From NCBI GenBank assembly GCA_965214605.1, contig OZ243961.1, forward strand, positions 4,248,129 to 4,312,128: a stretch of DNA of 64,000 nt. Reading direction: 5' to 3'. The notes under the pieces are model-generated. The model searched no databases. It worked only from the letters and a program-made list of their open reading frames with translations, and was not told the DNA's origin. The position numbers and the translations under genes are program-made. This document shows positions 32,136 through 45,104 of the stretch, piece after piece (the first letter of the stretch is position 1; the number at the start of each line of letters is the position of its first letter). This stretch comes from an uncultured Candidatus Binatia bacterium (GTDB taxonomy: Bacteria > Desulfobacterota > Binatia > Bin18).

Positions 32136-32629
32136 GAACTCCCTCCTTCACGTTCGGACCGTCTCCCGAACCTTCTGACACCAGTATAGCACTGTGGGGG
32201 GACCTGGTGCAAAGAGGAGCTGGAATGGGGGGGCTGCGAGAGACGCCCAATTGATGATGCCGCGCGACAATCTCCCCCAAGAGGAGACAGACGGCATGCC
32301 GGCAGTTGTTGGCGTCGAGTGCTTTGGGAGTTTTGGCGCTCAGTACCTCGTGTCGCCCCCCGTGGGAAATGGTGTTGGCCGCGCTCTTGATGATCCGGAG
32401 AGGGGGCGTGTCAGAGGGCTTCTCCAAGGTCCGGATTGGGTTTCTCCGGTTGAGGCGATTCGTGTGGTGGACTCTGGCAGCCGTGATACAGGCCGACTAC
32501 CTCCACCCGGGCGGCTTCTTTTCCGGGGTGCTGGAACAGAGCGCCGAAAAACTGCCGGAGCACCACAGGCGGACGGTGGTGACCGAGGGGGCGCGATACC
32601 ATTCTGTGAACGAGTACCCCAATGTCCGG

Positions 32630-33727
32630 CTACTTAGCGCGAGCCGCCGTGGGCGGCTCGTCCACCGAGACGCTGGCGGCCTCTTCCCGAAAGTAGGGCA
32701 TGACATGCTGAGAGAATAACTCCATTGAGTGAAAGATCTTGTCTTTTGGCATGCCTCCCCAGTCAAACATGACCAGGAGGTGGCGGATGCCGGCCGCGTG
32801 GTATGTTTTGATTTTTTCGAGACACCGGGCAGGATCGCCAAAAATAGACAGGGCATCAAGTTGTTCGATGGTGGCTGTGGCCAGAAATTGACCGACCTTA
32901 GCAAACGCCTCATACCCACCGCCGGTGCCGGGTTTGGCCCAGACTTTGGTTGAGCTGCCGAGTTTGCGCTTCATTCCGGCCTCAGCCTCCCGCAGGGCCT
33001 GCTCGGTGGTGTCAGCCAGGTGAGTCCAAAACACGTGCGGTAAGTCGTCGCTTGGCTGGCCGTGACCAGATGCCCGAAAGGTATGCCGATAGCGATCTAG
33101 CTGCGCTGCTATTTTTTCGGGAGACGGGCTCGAAGCAAACGGCGCGGCGCAGAAGGCATAGCCTTTTTTCGCAATCTCTTCGGCGGAGCCGGGCGAGGCT
33201 GCAGCCACCCAAATCGGGGGACACGGTTGCTGTACGGGACGGGGCAGGAGGGCGATGTCTTGACACTGGTAATACTGACCGGCGTACGAGAACTGTTGCT
33301 GGGTCCACAGTCCGTGAATCACGTCGAGGCATTCCCAGAAGCGGGCTTTGGCGGTTTCCATGGGAATGCGAAAGCCGGTAAATTCGTGCGGCTGGTAGCC
33401 TCGGCCTGCCCCAAAACACACCCGTCCGTGGCTGAGCAGGTCTAGGGCGGCCATATCTTCGGCCAGACGCACAGGATCGTTGACCGGTAGGATACTCACC
33501 CCGACTCCCAGGCGCAGACGTGTGGTGCGCTGAGAGAGAGCGGCCAGCAGCATCTGAGGAGATGGAAACACCCGCTGACTGGCCTGAAAATGGTGCTCGC
33601 CAACCCAAAACCCCTCATAGCCGAGTGCCTCGGCATACTCCGCCTCGTCCAACACCTCGTGATAGAACTGCTCGTGCGAGCGTAGATTGGCATAATTATC
33701 GCCCAAAGTCAGAATCGAAAAACGCAT
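32630..33727 (-). CDS. LLM-class flavin-dependent oxidoreductase
   Basis: WVGEHHF, PVRLAED, GAGRGY. Confidence 0.93.
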   Translation of the reverse strand: MRFSILTLGDNYANLRSHEQFYHEVLDEAEYAEALGYEGFWVGEHHFQASQRVFPSPQMLLAALSQRTTRLRLGVGVSILPVNDPVRLAEDMAALDLLSHGRVCFGAGRGYQPHEFTGFRIPMETAKARFWECLDVIHGLWTQQQFSYAGQYYQCQDIALLPRPVQQPCPPIWVAAASPGSAEEIAKKGYAFCAAPFASSPSPEKIAAQLDRYRHTFRASGHGQPSDDLPHVFWTHLADTTEQALREAEAGMKRKLGSSTKVWAKPGTGGGYEAFAKVGQFLATATIEQLDALSIFGDPARCLEKIKTYHAAGIRHLLVMFDWGGMPKDKIFHSMELFSQHVMPYFREEAASVSVDEPPTAARAK

Positions 33728-33771
33728 ACTCACCTCCGGCTTTTCTCAGCCATGATGGTGCCCCCTATCCG

Positions 33772-34530
33772 TCAGGGCCCCACTTTCAGGTCGCTTCCGC
33801 CCGCGACCGGTAGGGTAACTCCGGTGATAAAGCCGGCCGCATCAGAGGCAAGAAACGCTACAGCATCGCCAATATCTTGGGGCTGGCCAAGGCGGCCCAT
33901 CGGGATTGTCTTGGCCACGGCGGTTTTTTGTGCTTCGCTCAACGAGCTGGCCATCATCGGTGTTTCAATTGGGCCGGGGGCAACGGCGTTGACCCGGATG
34001 CCCAGCGGGGCAAGTTCATAAGCGAGGTCTCTGGTCAGGGCGACGACCCCTGCCTTTGAGGCGGCATAGGGCACATGGGGTACGGTATAGTGCAGGGCGG
34101 CGATGGAGGCGATATTCACAATCACGCCGCTGCCTTGCTTTTCCATTGCTTGGGCAACCCGGTGACAGCACAGAAACACGCCTTTGAGGTTCACCTCTAA
34201 GACGCGATCCCAGTCGGCCTCGGTCTGGTCGCGCATACGCTTAAGCACAACGATACCGGCATTGTTGACTAAAATGTCAACGCGTCCAAAACGATCAAGC
34301 GTTTGTCTGACTAGTCGGTCTACCGCGTTGGCCTGGGTGACATCGGTTTGGACGCCGAGTGCCTGTACGCCCAACGATTCAAGGTTGGCCACGGTCGGGG
34401 GAATACGCTCCCGGACCGCTTCAGCCACAACAATGGAGGCTCCCGCCCGAGCCAGGCTGAGCGCAACACCCTGGCCAATACCCTGTACGCCACCGGTGAC
34501 AATTGCGATCCGTCCATCAAGTTGTGTCAT
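33772..34530 (-). CDS. SDR oxidoreductase
   Basis: TGGVQGIG, NNAG, YAASK. Confidence 0.95.
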   Translation of the reverse strand: MTQLDGRIAIVTGGVQGIGQGVALSLARAGASIVVAEAVRERIPPTVANLESLGVQALGVQTDVTQANAVDRLVRQTLDRFGRVDILVNNAGIVVLKRMRDQTEADWDRVLEVNLKGVFLCCHRVAQAMEKQGSGVIVNIASIAALHYTVPHVPYAASKAGVVALTRDLAYELAPLGIRVNAVAPGPIETPMMASSLSEAQKTAVAKTIPMGRLGQPQDIGDAVAFLASDAAGFITGVTLPVAGGSDLKVGP

Positions 34531-34820
34531 ACGCCCTCCCTATGATCTATAGACCCGTGCTCCTGACGGCGGCTCAGTTATGGTGGCTCATCGAACCAAT
34601 CGAATAGAATTACGCCGCTCAACCCCGCCCAACATAAAGCGGTGCCAGGCATTGCATCGGTCGGCTCAGTGGCCGCATGGTCTCTAACGAGGCCGGGAAA
34701 TATGCGTTCTCCTGCTGACGCCACCAGATACGACAGGAGGACACTGACAAAGCCCGCCGCTATTGGTCGGTCGTATTGGCACCCCTCCCGTGCCGCACGC
34801 CCCCGTCAAACAGCGGCACC

Positions 34821-34926
34821 GAGCCAGTCGGCATCACACTGCTGATAGGCTACTCCAAGGTTGAGCGGATGACGTTGGCAAAGTGCGCGGGAGCCAGTCG
34901 GCATCACACTACTGATAGGCTACTCC
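34821..34926. repeat. 36-bp direct repeat x2 around a 34-bp unique spacer (mini-CRISPR-like)
   Basis: GAGCCAGTCGGCATCACACT(G/A)CTGATAGGCTACTCC at 34821-34856 and 34891-34926, 1 mismatch. Confidence 0.95.
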
Positions 34927-35540
34927 TTTACGGTGTGTTCCTCAACTGCGGTATGCCTGCCAGGAATCAGTGCGGCGCCGCCGTTGATCGCAGTGGAGGC
35001 GTGAATCGCCCAGAGGACATAAGGCCGCGCCAGCAGTTGGCCACGGACGGGACATCGGATGGATACCGTCGTGTAGATCGTGCTGAGGATTCGCCCGGAA
35101 AAGGGCTGTTCTTCGTCGCTGAGCTGCGTTGAATCCGGTTTTCCAGGGAGAGTGCAACTGATGGCGAAAACGGCGGGTGGGGCTCCACAGGGCGTCCGCC
35201 GAGCAGATTTTGGCTCCCCCATTGTAGATCCGTTCGGTATGAAAGTCCTCAAAGTCGGCACCAGGGAAGTGGTGTGGCAAATCCGGTCCATTTCGGCACC
35301 GACTCCGATCCGCTTGTCGACGTCGAGCAGACTCTCAAGAATCAGAACCAGCCGTCCCGTCTGAGAGGTACTGCATCGTTCGCCACCGCCCGGCGTTCCC
35401 CTGGGCGGACAGCGCTGTACGCCGCTGGGCGTCACACACCCGGGCTACGGATCTTGCCGCTTTTGCGGGGGCTTGACTTACGCACCGGGCCCTATGGTCA
35501 AGGGAGCGATGAGGCCTGGGTTGACACGTCGTCGGCCTGC

Positions 35541-37319
<1,779 letters not shown>

Positions 37320-37459
37320 GAATATCTCCCGTGCCCGTGGTGGTATTGGCTACCTCCCCCCTTATCACCTGAGGAAGGGTGGCAAAAGGGGCCGACCGGC
37401 ATGAATACTGCTTGCGGATCTGATAGAGCAGCAGGTGTACTGTGATTGATTAAGCTGTC

Positions 37460-37890
37460 CAAACGCAGACGACGCGCTACCGTTTTGATGGTCGAAATAT
37501 CGAGTGGCGTGTCTTGGGGGATTTGGCACCCTTCACGGTGACCGTCCTGTCGGTCGATGAGGAAAGGAATATCGCTGATTTTATTGTGAAATGCCAACCC
37601 AACGACATGATCTTTCTGCATCGCCATTCAGCCCTGACCAATAGTTTTGTCATTGACGGCAGGCATATTATCCATGAGTCCGGCAACAGGCAGCGTCAAG
37701 AGGTACGCCCGGTTGGCTGCTATACGTCCAGCCAGCCGGGGGACGTGCATCACGAGGGCGGTGGGGCCGAGGGATGTATGGCGCACAACAGGGTGCAGCG
37801 GGAAACGGAGGCGATGTGTGACGTCAGTGGGACCGTCCTGGGGGCGCTCCGCACGGCTCAAAGCCGCCCTTGAGCGGCAGAAGCGGGCTG
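37460..37890 (+). pseudogene. ChrR-like cupin, degraded
   Basis: FDGRNIEWRVLG..IFLHRH..FVIDGRH..GDVHHEGGGAEG; no clean start or end. Confidence 0.55.
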
Positions 37891-38681
37891 CCCAACGCGT
37901 GCAGACTGCTGTCAGTCCCAGCACCGAAAAAAGCGTACACCCGAGAGATCAAACAGATGGCCACAGCCGGACCAACCGCCAACATGACCGGCCGGCAGAC
38001 GCGGCCTTTGTTGAGCTTCTTGCTGATCAGGCCGACGTTCCGGCCTGCATATCCTCACAACCGCCCTCATGGGCGAGACCTTGCCAGTGGCCTCCCTCGG
38101 TGCCGATCCCGGCGTCGGCTTGGGTGTCAAACGAGCCCTCGAACCAGTGGAAGGGATCGTTCATGGTGTTGCGCCGCAAAAAGCCTGAGCCGCTCTGGCG
38201 CTCGACACTTTGCAGACGCTTCCTGCGTCAGAAAAACCGTTTTTGGCCGGCTTCGGCCGACGCGGGATTAAATGCGGTTGATCGTGCATTGTCCACACCC
38301 GGGAGCCCCGCCTCATCGCTGCGATAGGCGCAACACGGGTTGCGGAGTTCGGGTCAGTCAACCTAGTCTTCCCCCTGGGCCGTGCCGGCTGACCTGGTTT
38401 GGGTCTGGAGGCAGGTCTGCGGCTGAGGCGTTCATGGTCGCCTTTGGGAGGGAAGGTTGCTAAACTGACCCGCGTCAGAGCGGTTGCCGTTGTGAGATGT
38501 TGCTGATGGCCCGACAACTCGCCGAACGTGTCTATGGCGCAGCCTTGGATTGTGGTGGGTGCGTCCTGAGGATCGGATATACCCGTGGCTGGGGGGGGGT
38601 ATGAGGAGGAGGGTTCCACAAATGTTTCTTGCACCGTTGGTGTTGGATGTGATTTTCTTACACGCACAGAGGAGGATGCTC

Positions 38682-40016
38682 ATGTTGTCTATGCAATTTG
38701 GTACGAAATCTCCGCCGATGCTTGTCTTCCTCATTTTCTTGGTTGGGGCCTGGAGCGGTCCACCCCCGGCCAAAGCGGAACCGGCCCGAACCTGGAAGAC
38801 CGTTCAAGAGCTGTCGGAACAAGAGCTGCTCCAAGTCGACCTGCGAACGGAGACGCCTCGGGATGAGACGATTCCGTATTTGCCGGCTGAGCCATACCCC
38901 TTTGCTCCACCCTATACGGCCGAAGAGATGGGCTTTTTGTCAACCGACTTCTCCCATATGCCGAGGTGGAACTGTGCCCTGGTTGAGGCCTACGGGTCGG
39001 TTACAACCAGCGGATATTTGACCAGCGCGCGGGCCGTTGGTTTAGTCCACTATCGTTCGCCGGCCGGGCTGATGGGACAGATCAAGACCAGGCCGGGCGA
39101 GTGGTATACCCGCTGGCTGTTTCAGACAACCGATCCGGCTGAAGCGTACGGCCATCAGTCAATCTACAATCTGTACCGGACCGACCAGAATTTCACCACC
39201 AAAGCCGACCTGTTTGCCTATGGGCCGGAACTCAGGCGCGTCCGTCGTCAACCGCAGCCGCGCCGTGAGGACAAATTCCCCGGATATGCGTTTGCCTTTG
39301 ATGATTTTCTGAACCGTGACGCCTGGGAGTTTCATTGGCGTCTGCTGGGAACGGACGTGCTATACGAAACCGTCCGCTTTCCACACACCAGGGACTCGCT
39401 GACTCTGGTGGCTGAGGACGGCTCGTTTTATAAGACCTCCTCTCAGGAGCTGAAACCAATGGGGGAAGACTATCCCCACTATACGCCGCAGGGAGGCGTT
39501 GAAACTTATGTGGTCGAAGCCACGCCACGCCAGGACTGGATTCCCGACTACTATATCCCGCGCCTCATCTACTGGCTGGACCGCCATACCTTTTTTCCGC
39601 TCCGGATTGAGCAGTATGACGCCGGCGGTACCCTGGTCAGTGTTGAACAGCGAGTGGCCAAGCTGATGAATCCACAGCTCGGTCAACAGGGCTACAGCGG
39701 CCAGATCTTTGTATTTTGGGATCTCCAGGAAGATCTCTTGAGCTATGACATGCACGACGCCCATCAGGTCCGTGACTGGTCCGCAAAAGATCTGGAGGTC
39801 TTCTTTAGCCCGGACTTTATGCGTCGAGTCTGGTTTGTGGCTCCCCTCAAGAGTCAAGCAACCATCCCGGTCCCAGAGGAGTTTTTCTTACGTCCGGCCC
39901 TGTATCCGGACAAGTTTCCCCAGGAGCGCAAAATCACTCTGTCGTCCCCTCTGAAGGAGCGTTTTGAAGCTCAGGAGAAATCAGGCCGGTTGATCTTTAC
40001 CGGCAGCGCAGACTGA
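38682..40016 (+). CDS. DUF1329/LolA-like periplasmic protein
   Basis: Signal-like N-terminus (..AKA), YGPELRRVRR, D-D motif, YVVEATP, IYWLD..FFPLRIEQYD. Confidence 0.75.
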   Translation: MLSMQFGTKSPPMLVFLIFLVGAWSGPPPAKAEPARTWKTVQELSEQELLQVDLRTETPRDETIPYLPAEPYPFAPPYTAEEMGFLSTDFSHMPRWNCALVEAYGSVTTSGYLTSARAVGLVHYRSPAGLMGQIKTRPGEWYTRWLFQTTDPAEAYGHQSIYNLYRTDQNFTTKADLFAYGPELRRVRRQPQPRREDKFPGYAFAFDDFLNRDAWEFHWRLLGTDVLYETVRFPHTRDSLTLVAEDGSFYKTSSQELKPMGEDYPHYTPQGGVETYVVEATPRQDWIPDYYIPRLIYWLDRHTFFPLRIEQYDAGGTLVSVEQRVAKLMNPQLGQQGYSGQIFVFWDLQEDLLSYDMHDAHQVRDWSAKDLEVFFSPDFMRRVWFVAPLKSQATIPVPEEFFLRPALYPDKFPQERKITLSSPLKERFEAQEKSGRLIFTGSAD

Positions 40017-40093
40017 GCCCAACCGCGCGTTTGACCACGCCGGCCGAGGCGGTATCGCCACGCGGTCAGGCCCGTCTTTTGAGGAGGAAGTGT

Positions 40094-40546
40094 ATGCACG
40101 TCACCGGTATGATGCACGTCAACGTCAACTGCAGCGATTATGAACGCTCGCGTGAGTTTTACGAGTTTCTGGGCTTCAAGGTCATGTGGGAAGTGCCGCA
40201 GCGCAACACCCCCGAAGTGGCGGCTGCGGTCGGCATGCCGCCCTATCACGTCCGGGGAGCGCTGCTCCAGTTGGAGGGCTCGCCCACCACTCCACTGATT
40301 GATCTATTGGAATGGAAAGAGCCGCGTGACAGTGATGCGCCGTATCCGCACTTGTACCACCTCGGGATCGCCCGGATCGCGCTGCTCACCTCTGATATGG
40401 ACGCCGATGTCGGAGCGCTCAAAGCGCGCGGGGTGGAGTTTCTGTCTGAACCCGTTTTGCTCAGTCCGCCCGACGCTCCACCAGCACGTTTCGTCTGTTT
40501 CAAGGATCCGGACGGAACGATCCTGGAACTAGTTGAAACGGGCTAG
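40094..40546 (+). CDS. VOC/glyoxalase family protein
   Basis: HVNVNCSDYERSREFY..FKDPDGTILELVE. Confidence 0.9.
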   Translation: MHVTGMMHVNVNCSDYERSREFYEFLGFKVMWEVPQRNTPEVAAAVGMPPYHVRGALLQLEGSPTTPLIDLLEWKEPRDSDAPYPHLYHLGIARIALLTSDMDADVGALKARGVEFLSEPVLLSPPDAPPARFVCFKDPDGTILELVETG

Positions 40547-40564
40547 CCGCATAAGGAGACGGAT

Positions 40565-41545
40565 ATGAAGATCGGCTTCAATATGCCCCAGCTCACGAGC
40601 TTTGCCAACCGACGGTCGTTACATGAATTTGCAGTCCGGGCCGACGGGTTAGGCTATGACTCCTTATGGGTCCAGGATCACTTTCTATATCCCGAACGGC
40701 CCGTTCAGAGTCATCCGATCGATCAGTTCCTCCACGGGCCACAGCCCATCCGGCGGTGGCCCCAGGCATACGAGAGTATCCTGGCGCCGCTGGAGTCCCT
40801 CGCCTATGCGGCAGGCGTTACCCGCCACATCCGTCTCGGCACCTCGGTCCTCGTCTTTGGCTACCACCGACCGGCTACGCTGGCCAAGCAGGCGGCAACG
40901 ATTGATCTGCTGTCCGAGGGACGCTTCGAACTGGGCCTCGGCCTTGGCTGGTCGCGCGAAGAGTATGCCCACCAGGATACTCCGTTTGAGCAGCTGGGCG
41001 GGCGCTGCAACGACTTCATCCGCGCCTTACGCGCCGCCTGGAGGTCGGATCCGACCGGCTATGAGGGAGAATTTTATTCGATTCCCCACGGTTCAAGCTC
41101 GCCAAAACCCGTCCAACGGGACGAACACGGCAATCCGGCGGTCCCGATTCTGGGCGGATTCCTCAGCGAGCCGGGCCTCAGCCGGGTTGCCGAGCTGTGT
41201 GACGCCTGGCACCCCGCCGGCCATACCGTAGAGATGGCGGTGTCCCGTATGCGGCAGCTCAACCGGATCGCCAAAGAGCAGTTCCAACGCGGTCCCTTAA
41301 AGCTTGTCCATCGGGTGTTTGCCGCCCCCGCCCTGCCGGGTATCGACAAGATCGGCGAACAAGTCATGCAGCCCAACTGGACCGGCACCCCGGATGACAT
41401 GATGCCGCATCTCAAAGCGTGTAAAGACGCCGGCATCGACGAGGTTGTCATTGATACCAGCTTTTTTGGGGAGATGACGGGCGAAGACGACTGGATTGCC
41501 CAGCCCGACTTTTTCAAGCCGCTCTTAGACGAGGCGCACGCCTGA
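40565..41545 (+). CDS. LLM-class (probable F420-dependent) oxidoreductase
   Basis: LWVQDH, RLGTSVL, GLGLGW, PKPVQ. Confidence 0.88.
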   Translation: MKIGFNMPQLTSFANRRSLHEFAVRADGLGYDSLWVQDHFLYPERPVQSHPIDQFLHGPQPIRRWPQAYESILAPLESLAYAAGVTRHIRLGTSVLVFGYHRPATLAKQAATIDLLSEGRFELGLGLGWSREEYAHQDTPFEQLGGRCNDFIRALRAAWRSDPTGYEGEFYSIPHGSSSPKPVQRDEHGNPAVPILGGFLSEPGLSRVAELCDAWHPAGHTVEMAVSRMRQLNRIAKEQFQRGPLKLVHRVFAAPALPGIDKIGEQVMQPNWTGTPDDMMPHLKACKDAGIDEVVIDTSFFGEMTGEDDWIAQPDFFKPLLDEAHA

Positions 41546-41573
41546 CCGTGCCGGGGCCCTGAGGACTGAGGCG

Positions 41574-42467
41574 CTAGTCTTGTGGACCGGCGTCGAATCC
41601 ACCGGCTTCGGGCTGGTGGCCGTACATGTCTGCGACGTAGTATTCCGACTGATAAGTTGCCGGTCTCCCACCATAGCCGTACTCGAACATCCAGCCCGAC
41701 GGACTGCTGAAGTAGAAGGAATACATGTGGTCGTTCGAGTGCTTGCCCGGCAGAATACAGACCGGGATCTTTTGCTTGCGGACCAGGTCGTAGGTCAGCC
41801 CTACGTCGTCGGGGTTGTCGACCTCAATCATAATGTGGTTGAGGCGGCGTTCGCCGTTTCCGACGCCAAAGGCCACAGTGTGATCGCGCTCGTTGCAGTG
41901 CATGAATATTGGCGTTGCAATCCGGTCGCCCATCTGAATTTTATATTCAACGCCGCCCCGCATACCGAGTGCCTTGAAAAAATTATAGGCGGCCGCGCTG
42001 TCCGGCTGGTGAATAATGCAGTGGCCGAGGCCGCCGCTGCCGGTCTTAAAACGGCCGTGCATGCCCCGTCCGGGATGGAAGGGGTTGCTGTACTGCACTT
42101 CCGGGCCGTGAAAGATCTCAATGGGATTGCCACCCGGATCCTTAAGCTTGAGCACGGCCAGCACGCGCCGCTCGGCGGCCTCTTCCCGTGAGCCGAGCCG
42201 ATAGGGGATCTCGGCGTTGGTCAGCTGGTGCTGCATCTGATCAAACTCTTCAGCCCCGGCCACCCGAAATCCCAAATAGCTCAGGTCGTCACTGCCGTCG
42301 TGGTGCAGCACCAGACGGTGGTGCCAATAATCCATGCGTAGGTAGGAGCGGTCGGCCTCGCCGTCGTCGGTCACTTCGAACCCGACCACCGTGGCTGCAA
42401 AGTCCTTCCAGGCCGTGCTGTCTGTTACCCCAATTCCCATGTATCCCAGTTCCGTTACCTGAATCAC
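41574..42467 (-). CDS. Extradiol ring-cleavage dioxygenase (BphC/HsaC family)
   Basis: LGYMGI, RMDYWHHR, GLGH, CNERDH, LNHIMIE, GKHSND..FYF..PSGW.FEYG. Confidence 0.92.
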   Translation of the reverse strand: MIQVTELGYMGIGVTDSTAWKDFAATVVGFEVTDDGEADRSYLRMDYWHHRLVLHHDGSDDLSYLGFRVAGAEEFDQMQHQLTNAEIPYRLGSREEAAERRVLAVLKLKDPGGNPIEIFHGPEVQYSNPFHPGRGMHGRFKTGSGGLGHCIIHQPDSAAAYNFFKALGMRGGVEYKIQMGDRIATPIFMHCNERDHTVAFGVGNGERRLNHIMIEVDNPDDVGLTYDLVRKQKIPVCILPGKHSNDHMYSFYFSSPSGWMFEYGYGGRPATYQSEYYVADMYGHQPEAGGFDAGPQD

Positions 42468-42486
42468 GTCGTCCTCCTTATTGGCG

Positions 42487-43362
42487 CTATATCCTCGGCG
42501 TGCCTTCCGGCTCGACAATGACCCGGTTCTCAAGCGTGCCAATCTTGGCAATTGAGATTTTGACCACGTCCCCGGCTTGTAAAAATCGGGGTGGCTTCAT
42601 GGCCGCACCAACACCACCCGGCGTGCCGGTCGCAATAACATCGCCCGGCTCAAGCGTAAACGCAGTGGAAAGATGCTCGACCAAATCAAAGCAATTGAAC
42701 AGGAGCTCGCGGGTGTTCGAGTCTTGTCGTGACTCGCCGTTCACCCAGGTCTGCAGCTCTAGCTGGTGAGGATCACCGATTTCGTCTGCGGTCACAATAC
42801 ATGGTCCGAGCGGACAGTGCGTATCAAACGACTTGCCCATGGTGAAGGTTGGCACACGTCGCTGCCAGTCCCGGACACTCACATCGTTGGCGATGGTGTA
42901 GCCGACGATCACCTCAGCCGCCCGCTGCTTCGGCACGTGGCGGCAGCGCCGACCGATGACCACGGCGAGTTCCCCTTCGTAGTCCAATTTGTCTGAAACG
43001 CGGGGCAGGTGGATCACGTCGGTCGGACCGGTCACGGCGGTTGACTGTTTGTTGAAAATCATCGGAAACTGAGGCGTGTCGCGGCCGGTTTCGGCGATAT
43101 GATCCCGGTAGTTGAGGCCGACGGCCAGAATCTTCGGCGGCCGTAGAATCGGCGCGACAAGTTTGACCTCGCTCAGTGCGAGTCTGTCGGTGGTGCGCGC
43201 CACGGCCCGCTCGGCCGTCTCCAGCGCCGTCTGCCCAGCCTCTAGAAAGGCACGCATATCGGTCGGGAGGTCTGGTGCCACGTGGGATAAGTCCACAACA
43301 CCCCCCTGGTCAAGGACGCCGATGCGGGTCGAGCCGGACTGGGTAAAAGTGATGAGTTTCAT
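42487..43362 (-). CDS. Fumarylacetoacetate hydrolase family protein
   Basis: GLNY.DH, DYEGEL, NDVSVRD, GKSFDT, TGTPGG. Confidence 0.95.
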   Translation of the reverse strand: MKLITFTQSGSTRIGVLDQGGVVDLSHVAPDLPTDMRAFLEAGQTALETAERAVARTTDRLALSEVKLVAPILRPPKILAVGLNYRDHIAETGRDTPQFPMIFNKQSTAVTGPTDVIHLPRVSDKLDYEGELAVVIGRRCRHVPKQRAAEVIVGYTIANDVSVRDWQRRVPTFTMGKSFDTHCPLGPCIVTADEIGDPHQLELQTWVNGESRQDSNTRELLFNCFDLVEHLSTAFTLEPGDVIATGTPGGVGAAMKPPRFLQAGDVVKISIAKIGTLENRVIVEPEGTPRI

Positions 43363-43427
43363 GCTGTTTCCTCCTGCATATGGGGGGGAGCTTCTCGCGC
43401 CTGGCGTGCTTTTCCCGGAGGGCTGTC

Positions 43428-44981
43428 CTAGTCTCTCTTTCCCCCAACCCGTCCCATAATGTGATTGACATCTGTTGCATTAATCAGATCCGGTGCCGTC
43501 CAGCCGTCAAGGTCGTAGTCCGCCATGCAGTCTTCAACAAAGGCCTTGAGCTCTTCGACGCGCCCGCCGGCCAGCGCGGCGGGTAGATTCTCAAGCCGAA
43601 TGTTCTCATAATTGCCGGCGTAATTCCGCTCATACAGTTCGTGGCGTCCGCCAAACTCCGAACCAACCGCGTCCCATAAGAGTTTGAGCAGTTTGACCCG
43701 CTCCGACGCGTCGTAATTATTTGACCCGCGTAAATACTTGTCGAGGTAGGGGCGCAGCTCTGGAATTTTAAAATCCACTGCGTGGGAGTTGAGGTAAATC
43801 AGCCCGCTCGAAATCGTCTGCTCAATGATCTCCTTGATGCGCGGGTAGGCTGTGGCGGCCAGAGTGCGGTAAGCGAGGCCGTACTCAGTGTTGGGCTGGA
43901 CGGCGCCGCCAACCCACGGCTCGGGGGTTTTAATCATCGCATCGGTGAGTCCCCAAAAGGTATGCCGCCAGGCCAAGACCTCGCCAACGTGGACTTGAGC
44001 GCTGCGTACCTCTTGTCCACCTACAGCCTCAAGGGCTTTGAGGAGGAGGCCGCTGAGAAAATCGAGTTTGACCGCAAAGCGGGTACAGCCGTGCAGAGTG
44101 AAGCGCGGAATAAACCCCGAGCCGGGGAAGAAGGTGTTGGCTTTGTCAACATCGCGATAGACAAACAGGTCCTCCCACGGAATGAGCACCTTATCCAAAA
44201 TCAGAATGGCGTCGTTTTCATCCAGACGCGAAGACAGGGGATAATCAAACGGACTGCCCATCGTTGCTGCGGCAAGTTCATACGACGGCCGACAGATGAG
44301 CTTGACCCCCGGTCGGTCCATCGGAATCATGGCAAACAGCGCCATCTCAGGCCGACCCAGCGGAGTCGGGCCGTAGAAACCAATAAAATTGTAGTGGGTC
44401 AGAGCTGAACCCGTGGCAACAACCTTGGCTCCACTGACAATGACGCCGGCGTCGGTTTCTTTCTCAACATGGACGTACACATCGGTGACTTCATCGGGCG
44501 AGCGTCCTTTGTCAGTCGGAGGATTGACCAGAGCGTGATTCAGGAACAGACAGCGCTCTTGACTCCGGCGATACCAGCGGCGGGCGTTGTCCTGATAGGG
44601 CTCGTAAAACTCGGCGTTTGCGCCCAGCGTGGCAGTCAGGCTAGCCTTGTAGTCAGGCGAGCGTCCCATCCAACCGTAGGAGATACGTGCCCACTCGGCA
44701 ATGGCGTCGCGGCTGCCGACCAAGTCGGTCACATCGTGGGGAATTTTGTAGAATTTGTGGGTGAAGCCACCGTTGCCCGTATCGGTCTCAGTGGTCAACG
44801 CGGCCTTTTTTGGGGGATCGTGCAGCGCGTTGTACATCCGGGCCAACATCCGGGCGGAGTTCCGAAAGGCTGGATGTTGGGTGACGTCTTTGACGCGTTC
44901 GCCATAGATCCAGATCTCACGGTCATCGTGCAGGCTGTCGAGGAACTCTTGGCCGGTAAAGGGGCGCACGATCTGACTCAC
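43428..44981 (-). CDS. hpaB: 4-hydroxyphenylacetate 3-monooxygenase large subunit family
   Basis: [59 protein letters not shown]. Confidence 0.88.
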   Translation of the reverse strand: MSQIVRPFTGQEFLDSLHDDREIWIYGERVKDVTQHPAFRNSARMLARMYNALHDPPKKAALTTETDTGNGGFTHKFYKIPHDVTDLVGSRDAIAEWARISYGWMGRSPDYKASLTATLGANAEFYEPYQDNARRWYRRSQERCLFLNHALVNPPTDKGRSPDEVTDVYVHVEKETDAGVIVSGAKVVATGSALTHYNFIGFYGPTPLGRPEMALFAMIPMDRPGVKLICRPSYELAAATMGSPFDYPLSSRLDENDAILILDKVLIPWEDLFVYRDVDKANTFFPGSGFIPRFTLHGCTRFAVKLDFLSGLLLKALEAVGGQEVRSAQVHVGEVLAWRHTFWGLTDAMIKTPEPWVGGAVQPNTEYGLAYRTLAATAYPRIKEIIEQTISSGLIYLNSHAVDFKIPELRPYLDKYLRGSNNYDASERVKLLKLLWDAVGSEFGGRHELYERNYAGNYENIRLENLPAALAGGRVEELKAFVEDCMADYDLDGWTAPDLINATDVNHIMGRVGGKRD

Positions 44982-45104
44982 GTCTCTCTCCTTTGAGACT
45001 TGCCGCAGCTCCCACAAGGACGGCGGCAAGCCAAAAGATACACCGGGATAAGAGGCTGAGGGGGAAAGCGCAGGGACTCGGGAACTGCGCTGTGCGGTCG
45101 CGTG

